Assembly (NCBI GenBank): GCA_039621445.1
Contig: CP154954.1
Location: 28,861,837 to 28,925,836, forward strand
Source: Euglena gracilis
Taxonomy: Eukaryota
Length of the DNA stretch: 64,000 nt
Direction: 5' to 3'
Shown here: one piece after another, positions 56,040 to 64,000 of the stretch
Position numbering within the stretch: the first letter of the stretch is position 1
Layout of the letters: each line of letters opens with the position of its first letter
Made by a program: the position numbers and the translations under genes
The notes under the pieces: model-generated
The model's database searches: none
The model's input: the letters and a program-made list of their open reading frames with translations, nothing else
What the model was told of the DNA's origin: nothing

Positions 56040-58620
56040 GGCGGACACCTCATGCCTTGTTTGCCGGCTGTTTGACTGTGAATGTTTTTGTGTCGGTTAG
56101 GCCTTTCCCCTTTAGTGCCTTATTTTGCCGGAGTTGGCTGGTATTAATCGTCGTATGGCAGAAGTACTGGTGCAGTTTACCTCGGTGGCAGACCCTTGGG
56201 AAAATGCACTCACTCTACAATGGTATTTTCTTATCGAAGGGAGCTGCCGTTGCCCTTTTGAGCGCATCAAAGGACAGTGTCACAAGTTTCGTGGTGAAGG
56301 CTCTTGGGGTACTCCACCAATGAACCACGACACGGTGCGCGGTGACGGTGGAACAACTGAGCGGAGAAGCGATGGTGGCGGCCTTGACCAAACCCTACAA
56401 CGAAGCGTGGCTCTTCTCGTTCGCCCTCGCGTTCGGGATGGTGTCGTTGTTTGAGCTGTCCGACAAGCAGGCCTCGTTGGCCTTCAAGTTCCGTAAGACC
56501 TGGCGCCGTGCAGCGGGGATGGAGAAGTTCCCCACCGAAGCTGGAGAACCTGGAGGGGCTGAGATGACGCTGGACGCGACCGAAAAGGGTCAGAAAAGAA
56601 CTAGGAAAGTTCATTACAAAAACATCTTGTCAAAAAGGCAGGTGGCTGCAATTTTAGGGAAAATCAGGTTAAATCTGCTGGCCCGGCTTTGCCCTTTTTA
56701 AGAGCCTTCATCACCATGCTCTCCAATTTTCTAGTAGAGCATTCCCAGGACCCTTGGGGCTCATCTCATCCACCTCCCAGGACATAAAAGAGGAACTAGA
56801 AAATGTAAAAGATTTACTGGGAATTGGTCAGGAAGACGATTTTGTGCAAAAACACCCCAAAATCTTGAACTCAGCCAGCAGCACTCTGGGCTGGGGGGGG
56901 GGGGGGCTGGACCCAACATCAGGCCAGTTCATCCAGGAGTTCTGGAGGGAAAAACAATCCCTCCACATAAATTTAAAATAACTCCATGCTGACACAAACA
57001 CAGTCAGATCCCTGGCAAAAGCAAACGACAGAGTTTGCCTGTGTGTAGACAATCAGGCAATCTTTTTTACTTAAGCAAAGGGGGGGGAAGATAAAACCCC
57101 TTCAACAAAATTTTTCAGCCATTCTTCCACTGATGATCAAAAACAATGTCAACCTGGAGGTGAAATGGGTTCCCTCCAGCCAATGCCTGGCAGACCCCCT
57201 CAGCAGGTGGGGACAAGGCAGGGGGGATTACTCCCAGGACAAAAGATTATTTCAGCATCTGGTCAAATATTTTCAGCCTTTAAATCCCTCCAGACGGACC
57301 TTTTTGCCTCCCTAGAAAACAAAAAGCTAGCCTTTCGTGTCCAGGTAGCCCCATTGGGAGGCCAAGGCAACAGATGCCCTGCAGTGTCCACAGGAAAACC
57401 TGGGGGGGCTCTATGCGAACCCCCTCTGGTCCATCATTCAAAAACTCCTGGACAGGCTGCAGCTTTTTCCCAAAGCGAAAGTTCTGATGGTGGTCCCTTT
57501 TTGGGCTTCAGCACCATGGTGGCCCCTCTTAATAAAGCTGAAGGACCCACAGACACCATGTGTCAAGGTGAACCCTTACACAGTAATGTTCCAAAACTGT
57601 TGGGGAGAAAAAATGCCACCCCCCAATTCGCCCTTCCTCTGCCTGATCTGCTGAGGTCAATTTTGCAATGGAGAAAAATTCAATCTTCATCCATTGATGA
57701 TTTTATAAGGAGAATTCCCAGTCTGAAAAGACATCAGAGTGGCTTTACACATTTCTGGAACATTCTTCAGCAAGGGGGGGTCCCCCCACCAAGCATCATC
57801 TGATGAAATTGCACATGCTGTGGTACAACTGTTCAGAGTTTCCCCTGCACAGGCTAGAAATGCCTACTCAGGTGTATTACGTTTGCCAAGGGTTGGGGAG
57901 AAATTGAGGTTTTCCCCCCCTGCTGACACCATATAAAAAGCATGGAATAACAATGTCCAAAGATATGGTGCTTTCTGGGACTCATGGCCTCTGCTGAGGC
58001 ATCTGGCAGGAGCTCCATGTGATGCACTGAGGAACCTGTCACACCTACGTTTACGGCTCAGTCTTTGGTGTCGCCTTTTAATGTTGCTCCGATCTTCAGA
58101 TTTATCCGAAATGAAACGTTGTGCAAGTTCAATTGGCTCAACTTCTTATGGATAAAAATAGGAGAAAGGGTCAAAAAATGGCGTAATGGGAGAGAACGGT
58201 TTCTTTGCCAGAAATCCCCCAAATCTCTCTTTTCACCTTCTAAAGGAGCATGTGGCCCTCACAAGTGACCATTGCCTCCCAGGGGGCCTGTGTTTTTGAC
58301 CCCCAAACCCCCCTTCCAGGGCACCAAGGCAGACACCATTGCATCTTTAACAAAAAAAATGCCTTAGAAGATTTTGGTATTTATCCCCATATTTGGGGCC
58401 CCTACTTCACCAGGGGGGCAGGAGTCAACACGATGAAAAAATGGGTTTGAGCTCAGAGTTGGTTTTTGAAATTGGTCAGTGGAAAAGTGTGGAAGCCTTT
58501 TGCTCGAACTATCAACGGGTTGAGTGCCCAAGAAAACTTGGAGCGCGCTTTAAGATTAAAAATTTTAAAGGAGCCGCCCCCCCCCTTGGGGTGTCGACCT
58601 CAGTTGGGGGAAGTTCGGAG
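56040..58620 (+). mobile_element. Internally deleted DIRS (RNase H, MT, YR); its ICR continues at 63598-63690
   Basis: WVPSSQCLADPLSRW, TDLFAS...LYANP, WGPYFTRGAG (degenerate HSTR), EIGQWKSVEAF..NY. Confidence 0.8.
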
Positions 58621-61600
58621 CCCGAGACAGCTCCGGCTCCGCACAAGACCCCAGTGAGGTCCTGCTCTTCTTTCCGGCTGTTGTTTGTGTTTTCGGTGTT
58701 GGTTGTGGTGCTTCTTACTACTTTTATTTGCCGGTGTAGGCAGATCATAATCGTCCTTTTGGCACGGAGCTACAACCATTCGTTCAAACTGATCATGCAA
58801 ATTTCGCACCTGCAAGACGAGACAGACGAAGAGGCCTTCGAAGCGGCGTAGAGCAACATTTTCTTACAAGAATCGCCGACAACAGCCTTCTTGCGAGATG
58901 CCGACGCTACCTCCGTGATGGCCACAATTGGTTCAGGTCAGAAGTTGACTGGAGCAGGGTGGGAATCAACCCGATGTGCCCTTGCCGTACGGAAGCTCAC
59001 TGGAGTGGCTATGGTGGAGCCTACCCTACAACCATATCTGGCGGCCTGCCTTTACAGCTTGGCACTCACGGAGAAAGTCTCGATACCATTATTGGAGCTA
59101 AGCGACACGGCATCGGACGTGGCCTTCAAGCTGTACGAGAAGTGGACGACGGCGACGACGACGGCGGCGGAGATGGATCGCGACGAGGAGGCAGCGCGCG
59201 CGGCGGAGGAAGACCAGGACTTCCCCTGGCAGACGGCCGAGGAGGCACTGCCGGGGGATCTGGAGAGGATATGGATACAGGTATAGTCTGGGGACTTACG
59301 GTTGGACGTACAAAGTTTGCTGGAACAGATACCCACCTGGAAGACCCTGAAGCCCAAAGCGGAGGAAAACAACCACAGTCAAGACGGTAAGAGTGGTATG
59401 ACCGCACCCTGCGTGCAGTCCAGCAGAAGTTCTTGAATATACTACGTATCTTGATAGCACTGCACTGCACCTTACAAGGAGCCCCTGAAGACGTATTGGG
59501 TTTGAGCAAACAAATATTCGCATATGTGGCTGCCTGTGAAGGAGACATTGTCAAGAAGCATCCCTCAGACCATCAGCCAGGAAATGGCCTTTTCACCCCT
59601 GAAGACATCAAAATGGCCAAAGCCCAAGCTGGCATCAACAAAGAGGGTATCAAAACCCCCTTCAGGGGTGAGTTCCCCATGTGGCATTTTCCCACCCACA
59701 CAGGTGGAAAAGGGTGGAAGTTCAATCAATGGCCAACAAAATTGGCAACCGAGACCATGGCGGTCTGGCCCCAAAGGGAAAGGCAAGTCCAAAGGAGGGA
59801 AATGGTTTGCACAACATCTTGCCAGGAAGTATTGCTCCTTCCTTTTCAGATCAGATCTCATCAAGTACCAAAAGGACACTGGGTCCGCTAGAGCTGGGCA
59901 TTGTGCCACAAAGTCAACCAGCCCTGAGGGGCAGAAGCCAAGACATCTGCAGGCTGTGGGAAGCTGCAAGCTTGAGATCTGTGGAACAGATCACCGAGGT
60001 CCTGCTGCTAACAGAGGAGCACTTTCTGTGAGTGCCTCTGTTTCAGAGGCTTCAGGACCAGCTGCCACGGTGGCCAAAGGTTGCCCACCCCCCCCAGGGT
60101 GTTGCATCTCATCACACAGGGGGTCTACCCCCCTTGGGAGTCACCCCCCTCCTTCAGCACATGTCCCATACCAAAATAAAGGGGGAAATACAAAAGGCAA
60201 AAAAATATTTCACAAGACTTTTTTCAGGCAGGATCCATAAAACCTGTCCCCTGGGAAGGTACCCAACACACCGTCCCTTGGTTTGTAATCTCCAAAAAGA
60301 GCCTCATGGTGGAAAACATCGTTTAATCAACGACTGTCGCCAGCTGAACCGGCAATTTCCCCCACACCCCTTCAAACTAGACAACATCCAGGTCATCTTC
60401 AGGCACCTGAAAAAAGGGCAATGGGGTGCAAAAGTAGGCTTAAATGACGCCTGCTTTCATTTAACGTTGAACGCTGCCCTAAGACCCTACATGAGGATGA
60501 CCCTGGAAGACACATGCTGGGAATTCCAGGCAGCTTGTTGTGGTTTAAATGTGCTGCCAGAAAAATTCATGAGTCTAATGAAATGCCTGGAAAAACGTTG
60601 GAGGGCCAAAGGCCTTTTATGCTTTGTGTCCCTGGACGACATCCTCCTGATAGGAGACAGTCAGAAGCAAGACAGTAACCACCTGGCCAACATGCTGGCA
60701 GATTTACTGCAGGGGGGTTTCAAAATCAACAGCAAAAAATCAATCCTTCAACCCACCCAAAATCTCCCACATCTGGGTTTCCACCTCAATCTGGCACAGG
60801 GATAATTACAGTTGGGGACAGAAAAACTGAAAATGGTTCGGAGGGAACTGGGGAAATTAGTCAGACACCAGTCCCTCAGTTGCTGGAAAATGGCATGCAA
60901 TTTTGGGATGCTTAAGAAGCTTCTTGGTGGGGCTGTCCTTCCTCAGGGCATTCACAGACACTAAACCCCCCCCAAAAAAACAAGACCCCCCATAAAATGG
61001 ACCCCCCAAAAAATAAGACCCCCCCTGGCCGGTCCAAGCAAAAATCCATGAAATCACCCCCCCCCCCATGAATAAGACCCCCCTGCCGGCGCGAAGCGCC
61101 GGATTTTTGAAAATGGTACATTTTTGGGGGGGGGATCTGCTATTTTCGGACTGTTTTCACCCAATTCAGCATATTTTACCCTATTTGTCTGGCGCGAAGC
61201 GCCGAATTTTTCGAAAAGTGGTATTTTGGGGTGTCATTTTTGGACATTTGGGGGGTTGAAAATTTTTCCAGCAAAAATCCATAAAATGGACCCCCCCCCA
61301 TGAAAAAGACCCCCCCTCGGGCTTTCCAGCAACCGACCCATGAAATGGACCCCCGGTCTTATTTTTTGGGGGGGTTTATGGTATGTTTTGTCAACCTACA
61401 AGAAAAGTTTGGCTGGGATCATCAGGTTCCAATCCCAGAGGAGGTCAAATCTCAACTGCAAGATGTCAGGGAAATTCTTCAGACCTGAGGGGGGAGACGA
61501 TTCCCAAGCCCAGCCACCAGACCCCTGGAGTTAGACAGTTCAACCTTTGGTTGGGGAGGCCTGGACTTACAAGCTGGCACCCAGTTACAAGAATTTTGGC

Positions 61601-63597
61601 GAAAAGACTTCCATTTACATATCAATGTAAAAGAATTGATCGCAGCCATCTCCACTGTAAAGTCTTTGGCCAGGAAAAAAGGACACAGTCTCCCTAACAG
61701 TGGACAATAAAGTTTCCTACTACTATCTTCTCAAAGGGGGGGGGGGGGCAGGCTACCCCACCTGAACAAACTCATCAGACCCTTTCTCAAGTGGTGTATG
61801 GAAATGGGCATCACCCTCCAAGTTCACTGGGCCCCCTCCCAAAGCATGAAAATTGATGCCATCAGCAGATGGCACTTCGACCCAGGGGATTACAGTTTAA
61901 ACCCTTTCATTTTAAAAAAGTCATGCACATTTTCAAGCAATTCATAAACCAACTGTGGACATGTTTGCATCACCAGGGAATCACAAACTTTCTCAGTTTG
62001 TGAGTCGATGCCCCATTTTCAGGATGTGCCCACAGACAGTTTGATCATGCCCTCTGGACATGATCTCAGAGGTTTATGCAAACCTCCCCTGGTGTGTCCT
62101 GAGCCAGTGGCTCCTGAGATTAGAGGAACACAGACATCTAAAATGCCTTCTGATTTGCCCCCTGTGGGTTTCAGCTGTGTGGTGGCCCCTGTTAATAAAA
62201 CTTAACATTCCACATACACCAGCCCTGAGACTTCTGCCTTGCCACCACATGTTCGAGAATTGTCACGGGCGGCCCATGAAAAAGCAAAGATGGCACCTAG
62301 CCTGCATTTTGTTGTCAGGCAGTTGTTACAGAAGCAACATATCCCCCCCTCAGGGGTTGACTATTTGTTAAGTCAAAATATGTCCTTGGCAAGATATGAT
62401 TCTGACTTCAGACTCCTGTGGGGAGTTCTTGCCATGTCCCAGATGGACCTCGACACCATGAGCCCAGTAGTTAGTCGCTTCTGGCATCATTAAAATTTCA
62501 TCTTCATTGTGGCTCAAGCCAGGAATGCTTATAGTGCTGTGGTACAGCTTCCTGGGTTTCACTTGTTAAGGTTTTTACCCCTGTTGGCCACCTACAAAAG
62601 AAAATGGAACACATCCACCCCCAGGTATTCTTCATTTTGGAAACCTGAGTCATTACTTCAGAAATTGGCAGCAGCACCTCCCCCAGAGTGCCTCAGTGAT
62701 CTGAGGGACCAGGTCATTTTAAGTTTCAGACTCATCTGTTTGCATCGTTCAGGGACTTGAGCAGAACCTTCAGGACAGTGTCCCAGGTTGATGGCAAGGT
62801 TTGTGTTCTTGTCCAAAGAAAGGGGTGGAGACAAACTCAGTGGGAGGAAATACCCCAGATTCCTGCATGTCCAAATATTTGCCCCTGATTCAACATGAAA
62901 AAAATATGTCAGTTTGACATCACACTGTAACCCCCCAGGGGGACCTCTGTTGTTAAGTCTAAAACCCCCTTTTACCCCTCTGTCTGCCAAAACCATTCGG
63001 AGTTTGACGAAACGATTGTTGGATAAACATGGGGTACCCCCCAGTGGGCCCCCCACTCCACCAGGTGGGCAGGAGTGTTCATGTATAAACTTGCAGGTTT
63101 GTCCGCTGAGGAGGTGTGCCAGATTGGAAAATGGACAAATGTGCAAGCATTTTCTTCCCATTATTTGCGGTTGGAAGCGGGTAAAAAGGCGGGGGTTGCT
63201 GTCCAAAAAATGGTGCGCAAAGCCTCACTGGGGTCTTGTGCGGAGCCGGAGCTGTCTCGGACTCCCGTGAAGAATGATCCAGGAGGAAGGGACAACGAAG
63301 GCGGAGCACAAGACAACAGTGAGCCCGACCCAGAAAAGAGCAAAAAAGTCAGTAAGGCCCCCCCCCCCAAAGAAATTCCAGTTCACCCACAGACAGGCCA
63401 GCAACCCGCCGCTGCGAGCCACCGAGAAGTCCGACACCGTCTCCGAGTCCGCCTACTCCGACATCTCATCGCAGTAAGACACAACACAACCAACACCAAA
63501 AACACAAACAACAGCCGGAGAGAAAAATGCAGGACCTCACTGTTGTTCTTGTGCTCCGCCTTCGCTGTCCCTTCCTCCCGGATAATTCTCCCCGGAG
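58621..63597 (+). mobile_element. Structurally complete, degenerate DIRS1-type retrotransposon
   Basis: Left ITR 58621-58720; gag; RT (LINDCRQLN, VSLDDILL); RNase H; MT (VDMFASPGN, YANLPW); YR (LHRS, HSTR, GKW, HY); ICR 63223-63323 complementary to both termini; right ITR plus extension 63472-63597. Confidence 0.9.
60964..61376. mobile_element. TA-target MITE inserted in DIRS pol
   Basis: TIR AACCCCCCC(C)AAAAAA..AAGACC; TA duplicated (60962-60963, 61377-61378); removal restores AFTDT-MVCFV. Confidence 0.8.
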
Positions 63598-63697
63598 TCC
63601 GAGGTGTCTCCCCCCCGAGGCACACCGGGAGGGGAGGAAGGGACACCGAGGGCGAAGCACAAACACCAAGCGAGCCCACCCTGCCCTCCCAGAAAAA

Positions 63698-64000
63698 CCT
63701 GGGACACCTCGGACTCCGCACTTTGCCATTGTGAGGCCATGCCTTGCTCGCCGGCGGTTCGTTGTGTGATTGTTCGCTGCGCTGGGTTAGGAGGTCCCGC
63801 TTAGTGCCTTTTTTCGCCGGAGTTGGCTGATTCTTAACTTGCCCTTCGACACCCAGAAGAAAGGAACAGAGTCAACGAACGAAGAAGAACCAAGAAAAGA
63901 CATCAATACAAATTCAATATCCAGAAGGACGCGAACCAGACGAATATCAACTCAAAAGTCAATTATCAAATTTCAAATTTGACTTCAATGAGCAATGCAG
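63698..64000 (+). mobile_element. Left terminus of another DIRS copy running off the window
   Basis: Near-identical to 20650-20810. Confidence 0.75.

Overview
Eukaryotic, repeat-dense genomic DNA, most likely from a euglenid: GC-rich exons are separated by both GT/GC-AG introns and euglenid-type nonconventional introns with +4 CAG / -8 CTG paired ends. Bases ~3.4-18.7 kb hold a multi-exon + strand gene for a BRCT-containing family X DNA polymerase (Pol lambda-like). Its introns are packed with 8-bp-TSD hAT-type MITEs, foldbacks and microsatellites. Bases ~19-64 kb are a nested retroelement cluster made of at least six DIRS-type (tyrosine recombinase) copies or fragments, a full-length chromodomain Ty3/Gypsy element (23671-31644), a non-autonomous LTR element (50329-55833) and hAT transposase remnants. 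The most unusual feature is that the Gypsy polyprotein carries a Dam-like DNA amino-methyltransferase domain (DLFA...WCNPPF) between protease and RT, together with a C-terminal chromodomain. Also notable are a DIRS copy integrated into another DIRS ICR at a core matching its own circle junction, and (GT)n microsatellites expanding inside DIRS terminal repeats. All domain calls are by-eye motif recognition; no database searches were run.
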